Shown here: positions 39,316 to 50,460 of the stretch, one piece after another
Numbering within the stretch: the first letter of the stretch is position 1
Layout: the number at the start of each line of letters is the position of its first letter
Source of the DNA: Lama glama
Lineage: Eukaryota
Assembly (NCBI GenBank): GCA_028534125.1
Contig: CM052816.1
Span: 11,782,001-11,846,000 of the forward strand
Direction of reading: 5' to 3'
Length of the DNA stretch: 64,000 nucleotides
Made by a program: the position numbers and the translations under genes
The notes under the pieces: generated by a model
Told to the model about the DNA's origin: nothing
The model's input: the letters and a program-made list of their open reading frames with translations, nothing else
Database searches by the model: none

Positions 39316-41299
39316 ATTGTTTGGGAGGTCCCCTCTATGTTACCTGTAAGAAAGAAATGAGTAACAGGAACAATTTGTCAAAGTGAGACCTTCCTGGGGC
39401 ATTTACCCCAGAGGTCATTTCCAGAGTCTGCAGCTCTTGAGGCATTTGATTCCTGTTGGAGCATTTGCCATTTAACGTGGAGCTGAAAGTTAGTTTTACT
39501 CCAAAACCTCTCCATCCTCCCTGTTCCCTGTCTTGTCTTCACCACAATGAAAACTTAATGTCTGAAGGAAATGTCAGTTCTTTCTATATTGATCTTGAGG
39601 GACAGCTTATTTCTCTTTTCGAGAGCATAGATGTTTGGGCTGGACGTCACTGAGAAACATGAGGAGAGCGGCACCACCCCTGCAGGCAAACCACAGGACA
39701 GCTTTAAAGATGGATTTTATTTCTCTTCTCTCATCTGCCAGTTCTCGTGGTTCTGACAAAGGCCTCTTCTTTTCCCAATGGGATGTTGGGGGAAGACAGT
39801 CAGCCCATTTAATTCAGAGAGGCAGGGAAGGAGGAATGGTTGGGACTTGAGCTGAGTTCAGGGTAATAATAATATGATAATAAATGATCTGGTGGTTCAG
39901 TATCATTGGTGCCTTGGTTTCTTCTTCTGATCTCCAAAAGAAGGCTGCGCAGGACCTGGAAGGCAGAGTTGATTCTTTTAAACCTTTGCTGAATTAATGC
40001 TACAGATATCTTAGGTAAAAGAGGAGGCTTAGCCTCGGACTCGCAAGTCTGACATATTAGAGATTTGGATGCATTATGTATTCATTCATTCATAAGGTAC
40101 TGAAGACCTACTATGTGCCAGCCACTCTTCTAGACATTGGAAACTACCATAAACAATAAGATGTGACAGATTTCCTACCTTCACAGAGCAGGAAATAATA
40201 ATAGTAATAGTAATGAATAGATAAATAAAGAGGGTTCCTACAGATTCTGTGGGGTTCTCTTACAGAGATATGTTGGTAGATGGGATAAATTTTCAGGGGG
40301 CATGTTGGTCATGGAAGGCCATCTACCTTTGGCTAGATCACAAGCGGCCGAGCAAATGTGAAGCAGATTCTGTAGGAAATACATATTAGAAGACATGTTC
40401 TCATAAGTCATTCAATTTCGTGTGGCCAGAGATTATGAACCGTGGAGAATTGTTTATTTCTCTCACACCAGCCTTATGAAATCGGTTTTTGTTACCGTTT
40501 CCATTTTTCAGATGAGGAAATGGAGGTTCAGAGAAGCAGAGTGATACGCACATTGTCTTGCACACACCTTTCTTCCTGCAGTCCCCACACTGTGTCATTA
40601 TTGTCGGTCCATTTCTCTGGTTCTGCCCCAGCTTCGTGCTCCTTGTGGGCAGGACATAATTCCTTTACCTTGGTGTCCACTCTGCCTGCCACAGTGCTGA
40701 GCGTGCCCCTGTAGTTGGAGGATGAATAAATGCATGTGCCCAGTGGCATGCAGCAGGGGAAAAGGCAGAGCTGATACAGGAATCATGTTTGTTTGGTCCC
40801 AAGTTTCTGTTCCCTGTGTTGTCCTTTTAAAGGACAACTCTGCAGCCGGTGCCTGAGCTAATGGAGGTGCACAGAGTGTGGGAAGAGGAAAAAAAAGCCA
40901 TCTTCCTTGCATAAGCTAAAGCTTTCGATATATCACACATTTTCACTGTCCTGTGTTTGCTCTATTACTCAGAGTGAATGAGTCCACCACTTGGTAGTGG
41001 TAAAGGATGATGCAGAGAATGTGTGCAGAGAATGTTACATTGAATTTGTCCTGCCAGCCTTTGGAAATCGTAGAAGTCACAGGTGCCACTGCCGATAGTT
41101 AATCCCTTTCAAATCAGGGTGGCTGCCATCTACAAGCAAGACATTTTTCTCAATGGTAGGGCTGTGGCAGTTTAAAGAAGCAACCTTGTTCCCAGAAAAG
41201 ATGCACTGTCCTAATAAAAAAGGATCTAGATCGATTTTTGTTTCCTGGGAGCTAACAATGGCTGTTTCGATGATGCAGTCTCTTTAGGAATTTCTCTTC

Positions 41300-41530
41300 A
41301 GGCTGTGACAGTATACTGAATCTGAGTTTTAAGTCTGATTGGGCTGCATTTGAATCCTGGATCTCCCACTCATCATGTGTATGACACTGGTCATGGACCT
41401 GGCCTTGTTGGGCTTCAGTTTCCTTACCTGTAAAACAGGCATAGGAACACCCATGTCATAGGATTGTTGAGAGGATGGAACAAGATGGGGCTTGTTCAGG
41501 GTTCAGCACAGCACCTGGTGCATAGCAAAC
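41300..41530 (+). mobile_element. MIR SINE
   Basis: 'tttgaatcctggatctcccact...cttcagtttccttacctgtaaaacaggcat...cataggattgttgagaggat'. Confidence 0.8.
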
Positions 41531-43860
41531 CTGACATGAAGCCTTTTGACTTTTACCTACTGAGTGAAGATGCTTGTGTTGGGCAGGGAGTTTGGGTGGG
41601 CAGCCCTGCCATGAGCCAAGGTGTTCCCACAGCAGTCCATTCCTATGTCCCGGAAAGAGAACCAGGCCAATGACAAACGGGGTCAGCAGATTGAGAGCTC
41701 CTGACAAGACCCCCTTCCTCAGACTTGCCACTGCACGTGAGTGGAGCAAGCACTCAAGCATTTCCTCCTCTTAAAACCACTTTCAAAGCTGTGAGCTTTT
41801 CTTTATAATCAAAAAGAGGAGAAAGGCCCCTCTGAGCCCACCCTCGACAAGCTTCATTCTCTAGTGATGCCTCATTGCATTGGGACCTTTCAGAGTTTCT
41901 TCCCACTGCCTCCCCCTGGAAAGCTCTGCCTTCCGGGGAGGAGTTTACGGCAGGAAAAGCATGCGTGAGTATGAGCAAGTGGGTCCAAATCCCAGCTCTG
42001 CCACTTAATCCCAAGGTAAGCCCTGGGGAGTCACTGTAACTCTGAAGGCCAATTTTCCTTCTGCAAAATGATGATAACAGCCCCCAAGCTCATAGTTTAT
42101 GGTATCTGGATGGCATAGCCTGGCCGTTTTTTTTTCTTTCTTTCTTTTTTTGCTGTTCATGCATGTGTCCTAGAAAGGACTGGTTTTCAAGAAGCCTGGA
42201 TCAAACATCTGGAATCTTCCCAGGCTGTTGTGCCTATTCCTCCTCACGTCCTGATCATCACCATCAGGTGTCTGACCTTCAGTCAGACCTCCTCACACAT
42301 GCCAGGCACAACACTAAACCCCCCGCCAGCTCTGTCTCTCACAGTCCTACCACAGACCCTATTATAATAGTAGGCACTATTGTTAATAATGAATAATAGT
42401 AAATGCTCATTGTGTAGATGAGGAAACCAAGACTTACAGAGGGTAAGCAGATTTCCCAGGATTACACAGCCAGTGGGGACTGGAATAGATTGGAAGCAAG
42501 GAGTTCTGCTCTTAAGCACACTTTGCAATACTGAGCATTTTACTTTTCCTTCATGATTTTCCTGGGTCCAGTTCAAACCAAGTCTCAAATGTCTCCTAGC
42601 ATAAATTCAGTTTTTGCCCTAAATTTAGATATATATTTTAGAGATAAACCGTTCTAAATATTTACAAATGCACCTTGTCACCTTCCTCGTATCAGGGCTT
42701 ACGCAGCTCTGCTCAGGGCAAAGTGTGCTGAATCTTGGTGAGTTTACTCTGGAGACCAGGCACCCTACAGCTTTCCTTATCTTTTCCCCACTCATTTGGA
42801 AGCCGGTTTTGCTAGGGGCACTTGAAAGGAATCCAGCGCGTCCCTGGAAAATCCACTTTACCTCTCTGAGGCCCTTCAATTCTCATTATAACTGGAATGT
42901 CTCAGTGTCTTTCCTTCCTTTGGGAGAAAAAGGCTTGGGGAACACATCTCTTTTTCTTCATGTTTCAGATGGCCCAAAGAAACAAAGCCAGACCCTCTCC
43001 TTCTCACAGAGTAGGGGATAAACAGAGCATGTGTGCAAAGGAGAATGAAAAATGCCTATTCTTTTCTGCAGGCTGGAGAATGATGTATGTTCCTGGGGGT
43101 AACCTACTACCTAGGAATTAGTCATTCCCCATCATGTTCTCTCTGCTGCTTCAAGTGCCTTATTTTAAAAATGTTAGGATTTTTTTTCCTTTGCACATAA
43201 CTGTAGGAACATTAAATGCACAACTTTATCAAAATGACATAAGATATATGTTTCTGCCAACAGCAACAGGAGAGGATTAACAATTCAAATAGGAACGGGG
43301 AAAAGTTCCTCTCAGAAGATGGGAAGAAGAAACTTTGATTGGGGACCCTGCTCTTTTCTCAGACTAAAGCACCTTATTACACATTCAGAGCCTTGAGGTC
43401 CAGGTGGAAGAAAATGTTTTAGGTTATGAGGGGAAGAAGTTTTATGTTTTTCTGTATTGTCTCCTTGCCATCAGGACTAGTGTGGACACATTTGTGGAGG
43501 GTACAGTGGTGTTCAGACATCTCAGAATAAGCCTTTCTTGCCTAATGGCTGATTCCTGAATTTGGTCAGGGCTCACACTTTGAGCCATTATCAGATCCTG
43601 ATAGATAGGAGCCAGGAAACCAGGCTTCAGCAGAAATAGGGAAAGGGAAGAGAGTGTAAGGACGGGGAGCCCTAGAAGATGAGAGGGTAGGAGAGAAAAG
43701 ATTTGCTCTGGCTGGTAAAAGAAGGTATTCATTAGATTCAGCTGGACATTTTTGAGAGAGTTGTTAAGATTCTGGATGAAGTAATAGAATTGCCTTGGTC
43801 TTAGATGGAAGACCATATTATTTTGCAAAATACCATTTTAGCAAGATATAGGAATGAGTC

Positions 43861-43910
43861 TTTTGACCCCTCAAAATCCTTTTCTTTTTGACCCCTCAAA
43901 ATCCTTTTCT
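43861..43910. repeat. Perfect 25-bp tandem duplication
   Basis: ttttgacccctcaaaatccttttct occurs twice in a row. Confidence 0.95.
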
Positions 43911-44139
43911 GGTATGTGATTTCCATGTATTGATATATTTTCTACAACTCTCTGTTGCCTACCAACTTTTTAACCAGGAGCACCTTTGACACTGATTTTT
44001 CTAAGCCCCATTTAATCATTTTCCATTACCACAAGGCATGAGATGGTAGCTAAGGCATCGACATTGAAGAAGCCCATGGTGGGCTCCAGAGAATCCCCTT
44101 TACATAGTGCCTAAGAGGGAAAGTCCCCTTCCAGGGAAG

Positions 44140-44680
44140 AGGACAGAACTGCTGGACTTGACCCACCAGGAGTACTTCGGCGATTTGAGAGGCTGGGTAA
44201 TGCTGTGTACACTCTCTTGTTGGCCACCTGGCTTAACCCTCCACCTCTCTCCAGTATCAGGTCAGGACACGACAGTCTCCCACTGGCTCAGTGGACTCCA
44301 GGCATACGTTTTTAGAATTTATGGCCTTTGTACTCAACTGCTGCTTTTTTCATGGAAACTTCTTTCTACAATATCTTAGCTCTAGTACTAGTTTCTTTTT
44401 CAGATTTCGAGCTGAGCTCAAGTGTCACTTCCTGAGAAGGGACTTCTTTCCTTACACTTTCTAGACATCCACATGCCCCTCACTCACTGCCACATTCATC
44501 TTGTTTATTTTCTTCCTCCCTTTCTGAAATGACCTTGTTTATTTGTTGACTTGATGGTTACTTGTTTCTGCCCACTTGAATGCCAGCTCTGTATGAGCAG
44601 GAACATTGTTCTGTGCTATATCCTAGACACCTAGAAAAGTGCCAGGTGCCTAATAGGAAGAGTAAGTATATGTTGCATTG
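44140..44680 (+). mobile_element. L2 LINE 3' end
   Basis: 'agctcaagtgtcacttcctgagaaggg...tatatcctagacacctagaaaagtgccagg'. Confidence 0.75.
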
Positions 44681-44742
44681 GTGAAGAAACCCAGAGTCCT
44701 GTGGGTCCCAACTTAAAAACCAGTGCTGTAGAGGCTGCTAAA

Positions 44743-45265
44743 TGTCACCCGTCTTAACCTGGCTTCCCCTGAAAGCAGAGACTGGAGAAAGACCAGTGTG
44801 CAGATGCTTTGTTTAGGAAAGTGATTCTAGGAAGCAGGCATGAGAGACAAGGAGATGAAAACAAGGAAGGTGGGAAGGCCATTAAAAGGGTTTGTTATTG
44901 ATTTGGCTAATCAGCCAGTTAATTGATTCTGAGGGTTGCTGAGGACTTTGAGGAACTGTGCCTTGGAATTGTTCATCTAAAAGAGGAATAATGATACAGC
45001 AGCCACCGTGACCCACTCTTTGGTCAGCAGTTGTGCCGTGGGGCATTAACTCTTCGGCACTCTTGGGCTGCACATGCGTGAGTGCCAGGGGATCCCTGAG
45101 GGATGCCCCAGGCAGGAGTACTAACTGGGGTAAAGGACGGTCAGGTCACACTAACTGAAGCTGGTTGAAGCCTGCATAGTGGTCAGTGCATACTGGTCAG
45201 TGCAGCCCTGGCTGGAAGAAAAGTGGGGCTGAGAGGCTTTATTAATGCACAGGAGGTACCCATAG
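44743..45265 (-). mobile_element. ERVL LTR16/LTR33-like solo LTR
   Basis: 'ggcttcccctgaaagcagagactggagaaagacc...tttgtttaggaaagtgattctaggaagca' resembles the reverse of the LTR16-type 3' end. Confidence 0.65.
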
Positions 45266-45501
45266 TTCTTATCAAATTCTAGCCCATTTAAGAAGTGAAT
45301 GGTTCATTAAATTCCTTATTTCACCGATCTTCACCTCACAATTTTACTCTTAACCAACCTAATGGATGTGGCATGCTGTGCCTTTGAGGTTAATTTCCTA
45401 AATAATACTCGCCCTCCCCACCACACCCCCATTTGGTGATGCTGAGCTAGTCTGACTGCTTTGACTCTCCCAGGGCATGAAAATGCGGTTCTCCCTTCTC
45501 T

Positions 45502-45514
45502 GGTCATAATGACC
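45502..45514. promoter_or_regulatory. Perfect consensus estrogen response element sequence (GGTCA-taa-TGACC); function untested
   Basis: Exact match to GGTCAnnnTGACC, inside the 17-bp palindrome ctggtcat-a-atgaccag. Confidence 0.4.
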
Positions 45515-45519
45515 AGTTG

Positions 45520-45558
45520 GTCGACGGCCATACCACCCTGAACGTTCCCAGTCTCGTC
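45520..45558 (+). pseudogene. 5S rRNA 5'-fragment retropseudogene (tailless)
   Basis: gtcgacggccataccaccctgaacgttcccagtctcgtc matches nt 1-39 of mammalian 5S rRNA at 34/39 positions; flanked by the direct repeat gtcataatgaccagt(t/g)g; no poly-A. Confidence 0.9.
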
Positions 45559-45871
45559 ATAATGACCAGTGGCAGAAACGGTTCATGATCTTGGACCCAC
45601 GGTTTCTGGGCACCTGTGACAGACATCAGAATCCAGGCTTGCGATTTCCCAAAGGCTCTTAGCAAGGTACAAGTGGATCTCTTGTCGCTTCCCTCTTTTC
45701 TCATCTTCTTTCCTGGGGTCTCCCTGCTGAGCTTTGTGGGTGGCTAACTAGTTATCCAAAAAATGACACATTTTGCAGAGAAGTTTGCTAAAGCATTGTC
45801 AAAACAGGTATGGAGGTTGACTTTCTGGATGGGAATTGTGAGGATGCAATATACTTTGACGCTGCGTTTTA

Positions 45872-46009
45872 TTTTATTTTACTGTTGTTGTGGGGGAGGT
45901 AATTGGGTTTATTTATTTATTTATGTATTTAATGGAGGTACTGGGGATTGAACCCAGGATCTCATGCATGCTAGGCCTGCACTCTACTGCTGAGCTGTAC
46001 CTTCCCTCA
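45872..46009 (-). mobile_element. tRNA-derived SINE (camelid vic-1-like)
   Basis: Reverse complement has a tRNA-like head (A-box region 'acagctcagcagtagag', B box 'gggttcaatccc'), then (taaa)n and an A-rich tail; 13-bp TSD at 45859-45871 and 46010-46022. Confidence 0.88.
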
Positions 46010-46900
46010 ACACTGCATTTTACTAAGTAACGTCTTTTTTTCATCCTTTTCCTTTTGCCTAAATACGTGATAAATGAGATAACTTCTTCCTTCTGGTCCC
46101 ACAGTGGACAACATGATAACCATTTCTTGACAGCAAGCAACATGCTATTTCTTTTGGTGTGTGTTTTGTCAAAATATGTTTCCCTAGGAGATTCTCCTGA
46201 CTCTCAGATTTTTATTTTCAGAGTATTTTCGCTGCTATTCCTAATTCTATCTGAAATGTCTTGACTCACCTGAGGGCCTTAGGACCATGTGAGAGGGAAA
46301 ATGGATGCTTTATGGATCTTGGAAGGCCTCAGATGGACTTTTAGAGCTGAGATCCAATAACATCTCCTGTTTTTCACTCAACTACCATTACAGCCTCACA
46401 TTAAGAGTAGGATCTGACTCATTTGTCAGGGGATGCTCTGGGTTTAGTGGTAAGTGTCTAGGCAAGCAGTGGACTGGAGTTCCAGTTGCTCCCCAGTGCA
46501 GACTTTTCTGTGTGTAAGTTCTTTCATTTCTAAACTTTATTTACTTGTGTAGCCTTAAATCTCAGTAATACTCACCTTGCACTCGGACCTTAGGTGGACC
46601 TCTTGGATTTTCTCAAACTCTTTATATTCTTTTGTACTTCTGAACATTTTCTTCTCTTCAGTTGGGCAACTCATTCTCATCTCCCAGCTGATGATGCTGA
46701 TTTCTCTGATACGATTTCAGAGGGTGTACTTTGCCTTCGTGGCGTTTATTCTTTGTTTCAAGAGAGAGCCTCAGGGAGCTTTTCTTTGAGGGGGTACCTT
46801 AACCTTCTGCTTAGAAATTAGAGTCAAGTGTGAAAGAAGTCTCTAGCTTTATATCTCCTATATAAGTTTTAAGTAATGAAGTCTCAAATTTATGCTAGTT

Positions 46901-47048
46901 CAAGGGTGGATAGAAGTTTACTGTGAAGGGCCAGAGAGTAAATATTTTAAGCTTTGTAGTAGGCGCAATAGTATCTCTGTCATTTTTTTTTTAACTTATA
47001 GGCTATGGTTCACACTTGACCCACAGGCTACAGTTTGCTGACCCTTGA
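46901..47048. mobile_element. MER58-like MITE with internal deletion
   Basis: 'caagggtgg...ctgtgaagggccagagagtaaatattttaagctttg' and 'cacaggctacagtttgctgacccttg'. Confidence 0.75.
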
Positions 47049-49789
47049 GACATGGTTATTAGTATTGTCAGTAGTAAAACATCAAACATTTCCCAAGGCT
47101 TCCATGAGACCATGAAGGACAAGTAACTCTGCTGAACAATGAGACTTCATTTTCAGGCTCAATTATCTGAAAAGTCAGCAGCTTGAGGACGCCAGTTATT
47201 TTAGGATGGTTGAGGGGAAACTGGGAAGTTGGAAGAAAATGTGCTTAGTCTTATAGTAACCTTTGTAAAGGATTGCTTTTTTGAACTAGCCTTGAGAGGT
47301 CACATCACATCTACCTGTGATGTTGATGGGCACTACCTCAACGATGTATCTCATCAAGCATCTGTGTTCCAGAATGGTTTCTGCTTTTTCTGTCCTACTC
47401 TGGCCCCCGAGATCCACAGCTCTTAAGGCAAGTGGGGAAGTGTAAGTTATTAGCAGCCAAGGAGGTGGAAATGCAGGCTGTTCGTATGGCAGAACTGTGG
47501 CAAAGGTGGTGCTCTAGTAAGAGACTGTCAGTCTTGGAAGGTAACCAATGACCATCTGGGTGGAGGCAGTGAAGCCCAAGTTTTGGAATGAGTAACCCGC
47601 TGAGCGGGACTTAGAGTCGCGGCTCCAAGACTCTCAGCCCTGGGTTCCTTACGCCGCATCATGTTGCCTCCCCTGGCCATCTTTTGTAGCATAGACACTG
47701 TTATTCAACCTGGTGGGTTTACTGCATGCCTGCAAATGTCTTGTTGGATTTACCAATAAATGCAACATGCAGTCTCCCCACAGCAGGCTTAACCCAAAGT
47801 CAGCCTATTCTTTTCCCATGTGGAGGTACTCCTCTGACTCTTGTCCTGGCAGAGTGAACCTGCCAAGCCGTATGTCCCCTGAGAAGATGAATAGCTAGGC
47901 TGTGGTTCTGGAATCAAAAATCTGCAGATGGCGACTCATAGTGTTGGCCTTTTCTCCTTGAGATGCCTGCTCTACCATATTGGGACTTAATTAACAATGT
48001 CATTCTCCATAATACTCTCATTAAAGCAAGGCCAACGACTGATTGTGTGATGGATTACACCAGATTCACATCGCTTTACACATTAATCTTGCATGTTAGC
48101 AGAAATCAAATAACTGAAGCTGCTCTTGGTAAGAAGTTTGGTGCTTCTCCAAACAAAGTAGCAAGGTGCAATGGAGAGAGAGGAGGGAGCAGCAGATTAC
48201 AGCCCTCAGCTAAGCAGATGAGATTTGACATAGAGGCAAAGTGTTTGGAGACAAACATGGTCAGACCATGCCATAGACAATGTGGACCCATCGCATCAGC
48301 TGCGTCATGGTGGGGGACATGGTGTTCTTGTCAGGGGAATACTGGAATATTCGAATGGTGTGCTTGGAGAACATTCCTGTATTTTTCTTTCAGGAACTCT
48401 GTTTTTTTCTTGGCTGCAGGGTCAATAAAGGCTTAAAAACAAACAAACAAACAAACAAACCCTGATAGACTGGGTTATGTCCTAATGAAGTTGATGCTCT
48501 GTTTTTAGAGTGTCTTGTATTCAACTGTGCCTCTGTGATTGAGGTGCATTACTCATTTACAAGTCCCTTCATACTCCACACTTCTTCTGCATCTGAGCCT
48601 ATGTACATTCCGTTCTTTGAGTCTGGGGTACTTCTTCTTGCTGTTGGTCTGGTAACTCCTCCAAAGGCCCAGACGAGATACCACTTCGTTGAGAACCTTC
48701 TCTGATCTTCCAAAATAGGATTAGTTATCTTTTTTAGGTACTCTCACTGACCTTATTCCCATCAGAGCTCCATGACACTGGGTTACTGGATTGAAGATAC
48801 TGGTTTACTCACCTGTCTCCATAGCCAACCTAGCAAGACAGACGTTTGTCTTGGGTTTTCATGGTGATAGCCTGGCATTTACTTAGTAACTACTGAACAG
48901 ATATTTGTTGAGTATTTGAATAAATCATACAAGTTGTTCTTATGCTCAAATAGTAGTATTATTTACTAGAGACATTTTGAGGAGCTCTGATGTAAGTTTC
49001 TGGCTTTCTGAGTTGAGTGAGTGTAGGTCCCTGAGGTGGCGATGCAGGCACCACTCCTGTGCTAACTCAGCCTCTCCCCTGAACTACCAAGAACTGAAAT
49101 TTCAGAGACTAAGTGAGCAACCCAGCTATCATTCCCAAGAACTATATCTGCATTTTCCCTAAGTTTGGATGCCATGCTGCCAGGAGAGATTTTTAGAACA
49201 ACTCCTACGAGTTTTAATTTCAGTTCATTTGGACTGTGTGAGATGTATACTGCGTTTTATGTTTAACAGAGTTGTTACCACTTATTTAAGCTTTTTGGAA
49301 GGAAGATGTTACCTAAATGCAAAGCAGTCGGAATAGCAGAATTTACATTTTAATGCTTTACTCTCTCCCTTTAGTAAAAATTCTCTGGGGAGCAGTGAGC
49401 CTCAGACATTAACAGGTATTGACATTTGGGCTTTTGTAGATACTGCAGAGCAGGGGTGTTTATTGCCTCTGTGTTAGGGGGTGAGACAGCTCATCACCCA
49501 TTCCGGACATGTGGAGGTGGGTTAACTTACATCATCCACAAACCCGTCTAAGATCACCTGTTTTTATTTCCCTGTTATCTGTCATCTTGCATAACATCCA
49601 CAAACTCTGATCCATCAATTAGTTACATAGGGCAGATCTGCCTGGATGTTTTCAACAAGCAGGAGGGGAGGCAGATGAAATATGGTTCTCAGCTATAGGG
49701 GAATTATAATTTAATTGGGGAGGTAAAGAATGAGACAGTCAGCAAGTACTACAGGGCAGAATGGGATACAGGATATTCTTTGGGTAAAT

Positions 49790-50460
49790 ATTTATCAAAC
49801 ATCTATTATGTGCCAGAAGCTAGAGCTGGAGTGGTAAACAGTGAAAATCTCTTACCTTTATGATGCTTACATTGTAGTAGAGAAAACCAAAAAAACCTAA
49901 ACATTGAAATAAAAAAGACAGGAGGCTAAAGCTAAGTGGTAGAGAGCATGCTTAGCAAGCATGAGGTCTTGGGTTCAATCTCCAGTACCTCCTTTAAAAA
50001 AATACATAAATAAATAAATATAAATAAACCTAATTATTTCTCCTCCAAGAAAGAGATAATTTCAGATAAAGTGGTAGGAGGATGAAAATAAAACAGGATG
50101 TAATAGGTATCGATGGGAGGGGAGTGGTACAGGACAGGAGAAGTGTTAGACTGAGATTGGGTGGTCTAGGTAGCCTTGACAAAAAAGTGATCATTGAACT
50201 TTTTGGCTTGAGGCACAAGAAAAAGCCAGCTATGTACAGATTTAGAGGAACAGATTGCAGACACAGGGCATAATAAGGACCAGTCCTTGATTTAGGAATG
50301 AGCTTGGCATGTTTGAAAAACAGAGAAGAGACCAACTGTTTTAGCCAAAGCAAAGTAAGGGAGGAGGAATGGTATGGTACAGTGAGTGTAGGCAGGGGGC
50401 CTGGTCCGCAAGGTCTGCCAGAGTTTAGAGAAACAAGGCTTTGTGAGAGCTGGGGCAGTC
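49790..50460 (-). mobile_element. L2 LINE interrupted by the SINE at 49919
   Basis: 'aaatatttatcaaacatctattatgtgccag...' resumes as 'gataatttcagata...aggaatgagcttggcatgtttgaaaaacagagaag'. Confidence 0.8.
49919..50047 (+). mobile_element. tRNA-derived SINE (camelid vic-1-like), second copy
   Basis: 'agctaagtggtagagagcatgcttagcaagcatgaggtcttgggttcaatctccagtacctcc...(taaa)n cctaatta'; same family as 45872-46009. Confidence 0.88.

Noticed and set aside
45520..45558. Functional 5S rRNA gene
   Set aside because: Only 39 of about 120 nt are present, with no internal control region or terminator.
45930..46008. tRNA gene (also at about 49920-49992)
   Set aside because: The tRNA-like head continues into a shared SINE body and A-rich tail, with a TSD at the first copy; the cloverleaf is degenerate.
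48424..48460. AATAAA followed by (AAAC)n as a processed-pseudogene tail
   Set aside because: The signal-to-tail gap is only about 5 nt, and I see no TSD or recognisable upstream mRNA; better explained as a microsatellite.
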